Shown here: piece after piece, positions 14,841-27,330 of the stretch
How positions within the stretch are numbered: position 1 is the stretch's first letter
How the letters are laid out: each line of letters starts with the position of its first letter
NCBI GenBank assembly: GCA_964016885.1
Contig: OZ024740.1
Span: 167,028,001 to 167,092,000 of the forward strand
Direction of reading: 5' to 3'
DNA: 64,000 nt
From: Eledone cirrhosa
Taxonomy: Eukaryota
The notes under the pieces: generated by a model
The model's database searches: none
What the model was told of the DNA's origin: nothing
Seen by the model: only the letters and a program-made list of their open reading frames with translations
Position numbers and translations under genes: made by a program

Positions 14841-17111
14841 TTAAACCTTATTTAATGTTGGTCTATATTTTTGAATAAACATATTTTCCTTATTTATTCG
14901 CATTTGTTCTGTTGTATTGTTAGCGCAAAGGTAAAATGGGAAGACTTGGAATTTGGGTGTCTTATTACTTGCGCAAATGTCTAGATGTGCACTTAGTGGT
15001 ATTTGTCTCGTGGTTGGATCTCGTAATTGTTGGCGATGAACTGTCATTCTGTTTCTGAGTGTGAGTTTAGTTTGTCCTATATAATCTTCATTGCATCCTT
15101 TACATTTAATGGCATAAATTAGATTTTTTGATGAGCAAGTGAAGTGATTTTTTACAGTAAAATTTTGTCCTGATTTAAATGTATACGTGTTGCCTTCAAT
15201 GAGGTGAGTGCAGGTTCCACAATTAGAGCGACCACATTTTTTGATACTTGGTTGTGGGTTTGTGGTAGGTAATTTGGCATTGGTGAGTAATGTTTTCAGT
15301 GATTTTGGTTGTCTTTTGCTTTTGATTATTTTGTGTGTTTCAAGGGCTTTTTTCATTCTTGGGTTTTGTTTTAGTAGTGGGATGTTATTGTGAATAGTGT
15401 TGTAAGCTTCCGCATTTCTTGGGTTGTGTGTTGAGATATATGATAGAATATTGGACGTACCTTGAATTTGTTTCTGTTTCCGTAATTCATCAATGCCTAT
15501 TGCTTTAGCCCTTTCTATTCCATTATTTATTAGTAATAGTGGGTACTCTCTCTCAAGTAGAATTTCCTTTAATTCTTGAAGTCTTTTATTTCGCGTTTCA
15601 TAATTGGAGACAATTGTGCAAATTCTTCTTGCTAGGTTAAAAGGAATGTTCGTCTTCGTGTGCTTTGGATGGTTGGAGGTGAATAGCAGATATTGTTTGG
15701 AATCTGTTGGTTTGTAGTGTATGTCAGTTTCGATATTTGTGTCTTTTTTTGTGATTAAGATGTCCAGAAATGGGAGTTGATCTTGGCTGTATTCCATTGT
15801 GAATTGGATGTGGTTATTGATGCCGTTTATTAAGTTTTTGAAATCCTTCAGTTGGTCGAGTGTGTGGGACCAAAGAATGAGGCAATCATCCAAGTAGCGT
15901 TTCCAATTCTCTGATAAATATTTGTGGAAGTTCAATCCGTATTTTGATTTGGACTGTTCATATATCTGGACTTCTAAGTATGCCATGACTAAGTTGGCAT
16001 AAGTTGGAGCGGCTTTTGTGCCCATCGCAGTCCCCGATATTTGCTTGTAAGTATTGCCATCGAAATCAAAAAAGTTGTTCTGTAGGATGAATTTTAATCC
16101 CTCGGTGATGAAGCTTTTTTCTATTCTGTCAGGTATCTCATTGGGATATTTCTCTAGCCAGAATCCTATTGCTTCTAGTCCGTATTGGTGTGGGATCGTT
16201 GTGTAGAGATTCACTACATCGAAAGACACAATAATAGTGTCGTTGTTGACATGTTTGGAGAGGTGGTTTAAGAGGTCCAGATCGTCTCTTACAAGGCTTG
16301 GTATGTGTTTCAGTATTGGTTTCAGTAGTATGTCTATAAAGTTGCTCAATCTGTGTGTTTCACATTGTGGGCCCGCTACAATTGGTCTTAATTTAAGGTC
16401 TGTGGGGTATTGTGTGTTCACGCAGGCTGAGATGGATTGTTTACAGGCATCGTTGATTATTTTACATTTGTGGATCTTCGGAAGTCCGTAAAGGTTGCTG
16501 GTTTTGTATTCAAAATTTGTTAAATAATCGCGTTCCTTTTTAGTTAGGTCTTCCTGGAATCGATAAATCAGTGTGTTTAATTTGGTCATTATTTTTGATT
16601 GCTGGTAGTTTTTTACTCTTTCATAGTAATTAGCATTTTGTAAGAGAGAGAACATAGAATTTTTATATTTTTCAGCCTCCATAATGACAACAGTACTTCC
16701 CTTGTCCGCGTCCTTAATTACAATGTCCGGATTGTTTTTTAGTTCATGGATAATCTCCCATTCCCTTCGACTTGTGTTGGGTTTGGGTTTAGGTTGCGGT
16801 AGTTCATGGTATGGGAAGGTAGCTATGTGGTCACAAAATTTGTCCAGAACTCTGTTTCTACCTTTTGTTGGGTTGTAGCTGCTTTTATTCCGTACAATTG
16901 ATTCGTCGTTATTCTCCTTGTCAAAGAATTCCTCTGTGAGACGTAATTTTCTACAGAAGTGTGAGATATCGTCATTTATCTCGTTGGGGTTAGGATATTG
17001 TGGTGTTGGTGTGAATTTCAGACCTTTGGAGAGAATTTTTACTTGTTGGGCTGAGAGGTTTGTATTTGAAATGTTAATTATTTTCGGTTTTTCAAAATCG
17101 GTTTGTGCCAC
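14841..17111 (-). CDS. PLE reverse transcriptase, Cys-rich linker and GIY-YIG endonuclease (uninterrupted; true start lies upstream)
   Basis: Motifs LSKGLKF, YGLPKIHK, LRPIV, SFDVVNLYT, GTAMGTKAAPTYANL, RYLDD, CGRSNCGTC and LIYAIKCKGCNEDYIGQT. Confidence 0.95.
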   Translation of the reverse strand: MAQTDFEKPKIINISNTNLSAQQVKILSKGLKFTPTPQYPNPNEINDDISHFCRKLRLTEEFFDKENNDESIVRNKSSYNPTKGRNRVLDKFCDHIATFPYHELPQPKPKPNTSRREWEIIHELKNNPDIVIKDADKGSTVVIMEAEKYKNSMFSLLQNANYYERVKNYQQSKIMTKLNTLIYRFQEDLTKKERDYLTNFEYKTSNLYGLPKIHKCKIINDACKQSISACVNTQYPTDLKLRPIVAGPQCETHRLSNFIDILLKPILKHIPSLVRDDLDLLNHLSKHVNNDTIIVSFDVVNLYTTIPHQYGLEAIGFWLEKYPNEIPDRIEKSFITEGLKFILQNNFFDFDGNTYKQISGTAMGTKAAPTYANLVMAYLEVQIYEQSKSKYGLNFHKYLSENWKRYLDDCLILWSHTLDQLKDFKNLINGINNHIQFTMEYSQDQLPFLDILITKKDTNIETDIHYKPTDSKQYLLFTSNHPKHTKTNIPFNLARRICTIVSNYETRNKRLQELKEILLEREYPLLLINNGIERAKAIGIDELRKQKQIQGTSNILSYISTHNPRNAEAYNTIHNNIPLLKQNPRMKKALETHKIIKSKRQPKSLKTLLTNAKLPTTNPQPSIKKCGRSNCGTCTHLIEGNTYTFKSGQNFTVKNHFTCSSKNLIYAIKCKGCNEDYIGQTKLTLRNRMTVHRQQLRDPTTRQIPLSAHLDICASNKTPKFQVFPFYLCANNTTEQMRINKENMFIQKYRPTLNKV

Positions 17112-17467
17112 CGGGTGTCGTGAGTCCTGTAGCCTTGGTCTAAAAAATGATTTTTCTGGAATGTTTTTTCATTGGTATTATTATATCTAATGGTATTTCC
17201 CCTGTTGTTGTGTGGTCTTGTATAGAAGTTTCGGACGTATTGAGGTTCGGTTTGTTGATAGTCCGGGTTGTAGATTTGGTTCCTTTGTGTGGGTTGGGAT
17301 CTATGGTTTTGGAACAGGCTCTGTGTGGGCAGGGGTCTACGGTTTTGGAATAGGTTTTGTGTGGGTTGTGATCTGCGGATCAGGTCCTGCCTTGTGTTCG
17401 GGGATCTTTGGTTTTTGTTAGTAGGGTTATAGTTTTGTCTATGGTTTCTGGGATTATCGTTATAGTT
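17078..17467 (-). CDS. 3' part of a putative N/Q/R/P-rich upstream ORF overlapping the RT ORF
   Basis: Manual translation is stop-free from 17467 to TAA at 17078 (NYNDNPRNHRQNYNP...QKNHFLDQGYRTHDTRWHKPILKNRK). The start is missing because of the 5' truncation. Confidence 0.6.
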   Translation of the reverse strand, partial: NYNDNPRNHRQNYNPTNKNQRSPNTRQDLIRRSQPTQNLFQNRRPLPTQSLFQNHRSQPTQRNQIYNPDYQQTEPQYVRNFYTRPHNNRGNTIRYNNTNEKTFQKNHFLDQGYRTHDTRWHKPILKNRK

Positions 17468-17565
17468 TTAGTTTTGATTAGCGAGCCAGTTTTTCCATAT
17501 AAAACAAGTAACATTTAGAGACCAACCAGATGTGAGAAAAACCACAGACCCTCCATCTCAACTCA

Positions 17566-17603
17566 CCTTTTGAAAAGCAGAAGAACTGCGAAACCGGTAA
17601 AGG
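17566..17603 (+). ncRNA. Minimal type I hammerhead ribozyme, U3-A8 variant (copies at 13767-13804, -, and 58683-58719, -)
   Basis: CCTT-TTGAAAA-GCAG AAGAA CTGC-GAAA-CCGG-TA-AAGG, with palindromic ACCGGT. Confidence 0.85.
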
Positions 17604-17732
17604 AACCAAATAAATATATATATTTAAAAAAAATAAGACTTCAGTTGCATTTTCAATTTCATCCCTTTTTCTTTATACTTCCACTCGTGTAGGACACCTC
17701 GGTTATTTTTCATTTTGTAAAAGAAAACCCAC

Positions 17733-17820
<88 letters not shown>

Positions 17821-17821
17821 G

Positions 17822-17855
<34 letters not shown>

Positions 17856-17894
17856 GATATATATATATATTCCTGATATATGATATATATAAAT

Positions 17895-20800
17895 ATAACC
17901 CTGTAACAGTCAAAACCAGCCACCACACTAGCCTCCTCATTCTTACTCAATACACACAGTATCAGCCCATCCATCAATGCACAGAAATGGAAGATCCAAT
18001 TCAGTGAGGATTTGTTTGGTCACCATCCATTTCACATCCCCTTCTTCATTCTTACTGAGACCCACCTTCACAACTCCCACTTGGAGGCCGAAGTAAGAGT
18101 GAGAAATTTCACAACCATCTGTGCGGATCGTGTTAGCCGAAGGAAGGTTGGAACTGCCATTTTCCTGCATGATTACTTTACGGCAGATGGCAATACAAGA
18201 TTCTCTAATGGATACTGCGAATCAGTCACTGTGCACAATAAAGCCAATGACCTGACATTAGTTGGGCTCTATAGGCCACCACAAACACCCATAATCTTCC
18301 TCAAAGGGTGCCCCAATAGTATTAAATGATTTAATAAACAGTGCCATTCTAGAAACATAATTTTGATGGGAGACTTTAATCTACCCCCTGTCGATTGGTC
18401 TACATGTAGTTTGAAACCAGGCTCCACAGCCTCAACCACTGAGAAAGAAGCTGTCGAGTCACTTCTTGACTTCATGAATGAGTTTTTCTTGTCCCAACTT
18501 GTCCCTGCACCAACAAGACATCAGAAGAACATTCTGGATCCAGTGTTTAGTAACCACACTGATACTATACATAATATTACAGTGGAAAAAAACCTTCTCT
18601 CAGACCATGACATGGTTCTTTGTAACCTGAGATTCCACCAGCCGAAAGCTAATCCCAGGGTCCTCTCTCCAGCACACCCATTTGATAACATGGATCTCTA
18701 CAATGCCAAATGGGATGCACTTATGAACGAACTATCTCATGTCGACTGGTATTTTACACACGCACACACTTCCACCAACATCAAAACATCTTGGCAGATC
18801 TTTTTAGCCACTGTCACAAATATATGTACAAAACACATCCCACCAAAACCTGTGAACAAAACCAAGTGCAGTATCCCCAAAAACAGAAAAACAATTATCA
18901 GAAAAATAAAAACAAAAAAAAAAAAATTAACACACTAACATACTGCCAACAGCAACACACATATTCAATGGCTATCACCCTGCTTGATTAAAAAAAATAT
19001 AACCTCCAGCAATGCATGATGACCATCATCAATAACCAGAGAATAGCTGAAGAGAGGTGGGCCATTGAGGAAATCAAACTCAACCCCAAAGTTTTCTTTT
19101 CATTTGCTAAAAATCACAAGGGGACCCTCTCCACAGTCGGTCCCCTAGTTGATGAAAATGGCGCACACCAGGACAATGCCAAAACCATGGGCGAGATACT
19201 GCAGAAACAATACTGCTCTGTTTTCAGCAATCCTGATATGGCCGATCTGGGCCGTATCAGTGATGTTAATCTCCAACACACTATATCAGACACAACGTTT
19301 GGCGCCCCTGATGTCTTAGCAGCAATAAACGAAATTAAACACAATTCAGCAGTAGGCCCTGAGAGGTCCCTGCTTTTGTCCTGAAGGTGTGTTGACACCA
19401 ACTTGCATCTCCTCTTGCTAATCTCTGGAGGAACTCACTGGACACTGGCTATACTCCTGAAAACTTTCTGTCCCAGTCCATTGTCCTAGTCTTCAAAAAG
19501 GGAAATAAGTCCCTTGCAGTGAACTACCGTCCGATCTCATTCACCTCTCATATCATCAAGGTATTTGAGAGGCTGGTGAGATCACAATAACCCACTTTTT
19601 TGAAAGCAACAACCTGCTGAACTCCAACCAACATGGGTTCCGTAATGGAAGGGACTGCCTAACGCAGCTCCTGCATCACTTTGACGATGTTTTGAGAGCC
19701 TTGGGAGAGGGCTCCAACACTGATGTCATCTACCTTGACTTCAGCAAGGCTTTCGACAGGGTTGATCATAAGATTCTACTGAAAAAACTATCCAATGTTG
19801 GTTTCTCTGGAAGGTTACTACAGTGGATCAAATGTTTCCCGACAGGTAGAACCCAGCATGTTGTAGTCGAAGGAGTAAAATCAAGCCCTGCCAAAGTCAG
19901 CAGTGGCGTCCCACAAGGCACTGTGTTGGGCCCACTTCTTTCCATCATCTACATTAATGACATTACTGACATCATCAAGCACAGCAACATCAGAATCTTC
20001 GCAGATGATTCCAAGCTCCAAAGGGCCACCAATGAGGTGCGTGACCGGACTTGCCTTCAGTCAGACCTACTGGCTGTTATCCAATGGGCAGAAATGAATA
20101 ATATGCTGTTGAATGAGGATAAATTTGAATTAATCCACTTTGGAAAAAAGGATGCCCTGAAACTACCATACTTTCTTCCTTCGGGTGAAACTCTAGTGGC
20201 ATCCAATAACATCAGAGACCTGGGAGTAATTGTGGACCACAACATAAGCTGGGCTACTCATATAAACAGCAAAGTTGATATGGCCCGCAGATTGTGATCC
20301 TGGATTCTTAGAACTTTCCAGTCGAGATATATCCACACTGTTATCCTTCTCTTCTCCACTTTTGCCCGACCCCACCTTGAATACTGTTGTCCACTACGGT
20401 TACCCCACACGAAACAAAGTATCATGAAAGTTGAGGCACCCCAAAGATCAATTACAAAAACGATAGATAGCATGACAGGCCTTGACTATTGGAGTCGATT
20501 AGAAAAGCTCAAACTTCTCTCCAACGTCGCCGTGAGAGCTACATTATCTATATGACGTGGAAAATATTCCATCAGCTTTGCCCAAATGATGTTGGCATCA
20601 CCTTTAGGCTTGGGCCTCGTGCTATCGGCCCACGACAAAAATCTCACATGCATCACATAACAACAATACGGCACAATTATTTCACCTCAATTGGCCCTGC
20701 ACTCTTTAACATTACAGCAAGACACTTTAAAGCAGAGACAGACCCCATCCAGTTCAAGAAGTCTTTGGATAAATTCCTTCAAGAAATCTCGGAAAAACCT

Positions 20801-20952
20801 CCTACACCCAGATATGCCTCCGTAAACTATAACTGTATACTCAAGTCGGCCATGGTGCCCAAACACTGATTTGTAAGACTTCGCCAGGTGGTGCTATTAA
20901 GTTAGACATGGCCTGGGCCAATACTGGTCGAAACCTATCAAACACATCAAAC
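17895..20952 (+). pseudogene. Decayed CR1-clade LINE ORF2 (APE endonuclease + RT)
   Basis: ILTETHL, GLYRPP, MGDFNLP, LSDH, YLDFSKAFDRVDH, SGVPQGTVLGP and FADDSKL across frameshifted fragments. Confidence 0.9.
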
Positions 20953-21440
20953 GATGGTATAATCCAGTATAGGGTTTCTGCGACACCTAAATCAATTATA
21001 CTGCCTGCTTAAAATAATTATCTTTTGGTATAATGATCGAACAAGGCAGTCACTTCGTCAACAGTTATTTTCTTCTACGCCATCGTTCAGAATCACACAG
21101 TGGTATGTAGTGGTAAAACCACGTGTGTAACTCTTCAAGGGAGAAAACCCCAGATTTTGGCAGATGAATTCAGTAAGTGTAAAATGAATGCAATAATTGC
21201 AAAAACTGGACAAATCAAATTAAGCTCTCAGCCGGGTAGTTTTTAAAATAAACTTAAGCAATTAATCAATCAATGGAATTATCTAAAAATAAATTAACTA
21301 GTTAATTGTTAGACACGGGAGATTAATACAAATATAATTTCAGCGAGATTCGTATTTCGGCTATGGTCGAAAACAAAGCGAAACGCAATATCTGAGTTAT
21401 GCTGGCAAGCGCTCATTTATTTATTTATAAAGAAAAAACG

Positions 21441-21741
21441 ATGAAGTTTCGTCTACGTTTACATGTATTTATTTGTTTACTATCTATCAAAATGGCTCAG
21501 AGGGTGACCCTTAGAAGTTATGAACCCGACTCCATTATCAATCTGCTTCTCAGACTGGCGTTTTAACAAAATATACGAGTTAGAGTATGTAAATATCACA
21601 TGTTGTGTTGGGACACATTGCGACTGTTCCAGACCTCAGAAACTCTTTCCAGGCTGGTGCGATTTCAATGTATCAGGCGGTTGCAATACCTTACTTGCTG
21701 CAAACAAATACTATGTGTATTTTTTAAATGTCTGCACATGA
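21441..21741 (+). pseudogene. Possible small secreted Cys-rich protein reading frame with one frameshift
   Basis: Signal-peptide-like MKFRLRLHVFICLLSIKMAQ joins the Cys-rich ORF at 21520 if one base near 21508 is removed. A homologous 5' piece lies at 13381-13448 (-). Confidence 0.3.
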
Positions 21742-24700
21742 ACATAAACGGGAATACCATATACAATGTTAAACGCTTAAATGACTAGACTAAATTTCTT
21801 TAAATATTTGGACATAGGAACAGTCAACAAAAAAGCAACATCCTCTGGGACTACAAACTATGTATTTTCTTCCATTCGAGTTGACACATATATTTACATA
21901 TATATAAACACACTCTGTTGGGTAACTTATTTCCCTTGATCTCGTCCTCTTGGTCTCTAGCAATGACTTTCATGGTTAACAGAAGAATTTTTTTGTTCCT
22001 CTCACTCTCTGATTTCTCTATCACCAATAAATGCACTGACACCAAGACGCATACCTACAAACGTACATAGACAAATATACATAAACAATCCACGGTAACT
22101 ATCAGCATCCATTTGTTTTAGTAGTGACGGAGAGAAAAAAATCGACAATAATATTGTTTCTGCCCTTTGTCACGATTGTGTATCTCTCTCCTGTCACTCC
22201 CTAGAACTGTTGAGATTATATAGTATTCCCTGAAGTAGACAGGGTCGATTATCCTAAATGACACACCGAGCGATTTTACGGCTGGCTTTGCCGGTAATTA
22301 GAAAACAAATTATATACTATTCTGGGCACTGGAATACTTGTCTGGTGTAGAATGAAAATTCCTTCAAATGTCGGTGAAACATATTTTTCTACTGAATAAA
22401 TCAAAGTAATACAGAGGATATTGTTGCTAGGTAACGCATAGTATACATTTTCAAAAGTAGAACAGGGTTGAAATGGTAATAATATGGGTAACAAAAGAAC
22501 TCTCTATTTATCTTTCCATCTATCTATCTATGTATGTATATATATATATGTCTATAGATATCTACCTAACTATATGTCTGTCGAATTATCTGTATTATTC
22601 TTTGTTGTGTGAGTATACATATTTGATCATGCAGAAGTCTAACACCCATTTTCGTCCAACTCCCTTATCTGTGAAGATAACTACATAGATGAACACTTAT
22701 CGGCACACGTGCAGGTGTAACTACAAATGATTATGTGTAAACACACACACACACACACACACACAAACATATATATATATGTGTGTGTGCGTGCGTGTGT
22801 GTGTGTGTGTGCATGCCTGTCTGTCTGTATATATCCCTCTGCATCTATTGCTGTGCATTTGTATGTTTCTGCATATGGGTTTATATGTATGTATGCGTAT
22901 GGGTTTATATGTATGTATGCATCTCTGAGTATATGCTTCTAAGTGTATGCGCGTGTGTTCGAGTTCATTTTTGCATGTGATTGTATATTTGCAAGGACGC
23001 ATTGTAGCGTATAGGTATGTAAGTACGTGTTTCTCTAATCGAATATACGAGAAAGCCATGTTTTCGTGTGCATACCTATATATTCAATTCTGAACCTGTG
23101 TAGTTTATGAATTTTTCATAATATAAATGTGATACGCGCCATGGCATTTTTAGTAGCCTGGAGGCCTCAGTTTGAGGTTTACGGCAGTTCACTTTTATTG
23201 AATCGATCTAAAATTCCTAACTTGATGAAATGTCGTTTGATTGCTAATTAGCCTTTTGCATAACATTATTACTGCTTAGGGCAACCAACTCGAAGCTATT
23301 GGCCTGTTTATTCAACATGCGAAAGTTGTGATCTATTAGTTATATGGAATTATCACTCATCTTTTACTAGCTGTATCTGGTTTATTAACGGGGATGGTTT
23401 TCTGTCGATTGTGTTTAAAACAGCGACTCAATGTATATTCAGATATGAAAATTTAATCAGAGATTGCTATGTTCCTTGGGGATTTTGCTACTGTTAGCTG
23501 TGGTGATTGCAATGGTTTTGGTATTGTTGTTGTTGCTTTTGGTAGTGTTCATGGTTGTGGTGGTGATGGTCATCGTTGTGCTTTACTACATGAACTGATG
23601 TTAGCAAGTTGTTTTACATAGCATAAACTACCTCAAATAGACCTTGAACTAAGGATATATATTTCGTGTCACAAATATGACGAGAACACATAAGTTATGT
23701 AGGTACACATACATACAATCATGTTATATGTGCACACATACAGAAATGCACAAATATATGTATATGATGATTTATTAATGTATTATGTATTTGAGGTGAT
23801 GAGTCTGTAGTTTCACAAGAAAGCCAGATAGAAGGCTGCGTGGTATATCTCCTGGCTCTCCTCGATCTAGGGTCATAACCCACGAAGGTACATTTTGATT
23901 TTCACTATTAAAGATCGATAAATAAAATACTAGTGTAGTAGTTCGGTAGAGTGCTCTTCCTTCTCTATTTCTCAGTGCATGGCAATCACAATTTTTCCTT
24001 TCTTAAAACAAAATAATGTGTGGTCAAAGTTGAGTTGGAAGATGGCCTTCCCCATTTTTGAAAATACACCTATGACTCAAACAGATGTTAAGGCTCATTG
24101 CACAGCATAGTGTATGTTTCATTATAAGCATCAAACATTCGAAGTCAGTTCACAAATATTTATGATCGTCAATCACACTACATCAAACATGCTAAATCAA
24201 TACCCATTAATTTGATACGCTACAAATACAGAAATATTACACTATGTAAAGGTAAACAAAACGAGAGGGCTTATCTGAAAGTGGTAGATATAGCATGAAG
24301 ATGCGTGTTTATTTGTATGAGACAATAAAGGACAATCTGACAGTAAAATTACGAAAGAAGAATTAAGTCATTGCAATTAATTTTCCAGGAAAAACACTTG
24401 TAGGGAATAGTTACACTTCAAAAATCTTATATAAATAACGATGACGATAAATTTGGTTCTAATGTCTAGGGATAGACTTCTAACAGATGTGATTATTCCT
24501 AAATATGCATTTGTTACTTAGTATGAGACAATTCATTTTCCAAATTATGACAATCCCACAATTTGCTAGTTGCCACTGGTTAAGGGCCCATCCTGAAATT
24601 TGACATTTTAAGGGCCAGTTAGGCAAATAATTTAATATCAATTACTATTTTGTGAAATATAGTGTGGTCCAACTTGCCATAATTTCATCCTTCGTTCTTA

Positions 24701-26921
24701 AGGTATCATGTGAAACTTTTCTCAATATGCGACTGTACCTCTTTTTATCAGCCCTTATTTATGCTCTTTGCTCCACTCTCGTAATTGTATACATAAATCG
24801 TTTGGATATAAATCTAATTTTGAAAGTGTTCATCTCAGTTTCAATGGGAAAGTCTCCCTTTGATATCTTTAATCTTACACTGAATTAGAGAGGGCACAGT
24901 TTCAATTGATATATACTCAGTTAGTATTATAGATATTGTATTATGTCCAATGTTATTTTATCCATGACATTTTCGAGATTTCTATATAACATATATAATA
25001 TAACCAGGTATAACCCATCAGCTAATGCTTCTTATTCTTTAAAGAGTGTAAGGTGGGGTGAGTTTCACTGTTATTTCTAGTACATGAAACGGAAAATGAG
25101 ACTCCATAGTTTGTTAGACTATGTATTCGAGGATTCAATTTCCATCATCACTGCTGTGTGAAAATAACCGTTTTCTTTCTTTTACGTCAAATATTTTATT
25201 TAAATGTAGGTTTTATAATAGCGAACATCAGTATATTTTGTTGTTGCTCGTATTTTTATAGATGAAACTGAGGATTCATATCTAATATTGACAGGATCTT
25301 ATTTCCCATATTATTCTGTAGAAACTAGCAGAAATATAAATTATTTGGTCATATTTAGAAATTTGATAAGAATCTTCATATCGCTGTAGGAAGAAGATGA
25401 AATATTGACGAAATAAGTCCGAGGAATGTAGTATGTTTGGGATTGATTTTCTATCTATTGTGGTGCAGTGTGATATTTATGTAGTGAAGTAGTAAAGATG
25501 TGTGGTGTAATGGAGATGTGGTGTGGATTAGTGTGTGGGTGCGACGGCATGCTGGAGTGCACCAAAAGAGACGAAATATAATCGCCATGTTAATGAGACT
25601 GAAGCTTTACAAATTAGTACATAAATGATCGTTTGCAAATTTGGATATTTGCTACTGGCAAAGAAATATATCGAAAGAGTAAAAACCGTAAAGAAAGGTT
25701 ATGATTGAGGTTCTGATTGAAAAGAATGATGGTTATGAATGCCAATAATCCGTAGGTGGGATAAAATATCATATCGGCTGCCAATTCGCTTTATAATTTG
25801 TATTGATATTCGAATTCTGCTGAGAGATATATGAGGTATTTTCTATTCAAGATAATCATTTTAAAAATCATTAAAATTCACTAAATTCACATGCTTCCGT
25901 CAGATTAATACGGTGAATACTTGTATATTTTTAACGCACTATACTATCACTCCACACAACACGAGATCAGATAAACAATAATAAGACAAATATTGCATTT
26001 GCAGAATGGAATTCACTTTATATAAATATACTAAATTCTTAATCAACATTATAGACCGTTCACACATGTATATCTATATACATGACAGGGAGAGAGAGGG
26101 AGGGTTAGAGGGTTCTCGGAGCGTCTAGAATGCTCTATTGGCTACAAGATAGAGATGATAATGTTGATGGACGTGAGAAAAATTAATCAATACCGAAGCG
26201 GAGTTTAAGGCTCACCAAAATCAGTAACTAAATATTTGAATTCTACTTCGGTATTCATTATTTTTTCTAGGTCCGTAAGTAGAGCTTAAGTGCTAAAACT
26301 GCGGCTTGGGTTTGATTGGTATATATAAGTCGGCTTGTATGCATACATACAAGCATATTGAATGCCACTCAATATGCTTACATACCAACTCTTTAGCATG
26401 AAAATTCTTCTAAATCAGAATATATAAAATTATACACATACGCTCTTGAAATAAGGTACAAATAAGTTTTAGCACACAACCTGCAACGTAAAAAAAAATA
26501 TATATATAATTATAATAAAATTATAGGATAATTATAACGAAACAGCAACAATCGTAATACAGACAAGCTGATCTAGGTCTTTTGAGAAAACTAATAAATA
26601 GGTTGCTTTGTTGACAGACATGTAAAACACGTGGCTAAATTATCTGACCCCTCCGACCGCATAAATGGCAAACGCCAGGCATACACACACAATACACACA
26701 CGTACACGTACACACGACATTAAATATATATGATAACTACATTCCATTTCCCCATTACAAATCTTCCACTCACCCAAACTTTTCCCGCGCCACTGCAAAC
26801 CCACAGTTTTCACACCCATCCCCCCATAAGTAATGACATACACAGAGACACAAATATACAAACACTCAAACACATCTGCGCAGCCACACAACCACACAAC
26901 CACACACTAAAATATATATAC

Positions 26922-26952
<31 letters not shown>

Positions 26953-27330
26953 CTAAGGCGGGTAAAATTCCCGAGATCCATGGAGGAGTTCTCTCCAGCG
27001 GTCTCTGTCCCTCATTATCGCTGCCATGTCCTGCGTCTCCAACAGAACAGTGTCTGTAGTGGAGTCTGTGCTGCTGTACGGGTCTGAGACTTGGACACTG
27101 ACCAGGAAACTCACTCAGATGGTGGATGTGTGCTACACGAGAATGATGAGGATGGCACTGAACATTAATCAGTATACACTAAGGATGAAAAACTCAGAGC
27201 TGTATGGGAGCATCCCAAAAGTCAGCTCAAAAGTGACACAGAGGAGAATGAGGTTAGCTGGACATTCTCACCGACATCCAGAGTTGACATTGCACTCAGT
27301 GCTCCTGTGGGATCCCCTACATGGACACAC
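26953..27330 (-). mobile_element. RTE-clade LINE 3' fragment with 5' inversion
   Basis: 27046-27330 (+) encodes VESVLLYGSETWTLT...RRMRLAGH...LLWDP. 26953-27045 (-) encodes the C-terminus LETQDMAAIMRDRDRWRELL..stop. Confidence 0.85.

Larger units (their letters stand above)
13695..17740 (-). mobile_element. Neptune-type Penelope-like element, 5'-truncated, with inverted pLTR and tail
   Basis: RT+GIY-YIG ORF. 13695-13888 is the reverse complement of 17482-17676, the tail is 17678-17740, and both flanks are TA. Confidence 0.93.

Noticed and set aside
21850-26640. Short ORFs in unique-looking sequence as host exons
   Set aside because: No recognisable domains and no consistent splice or frame pattern.
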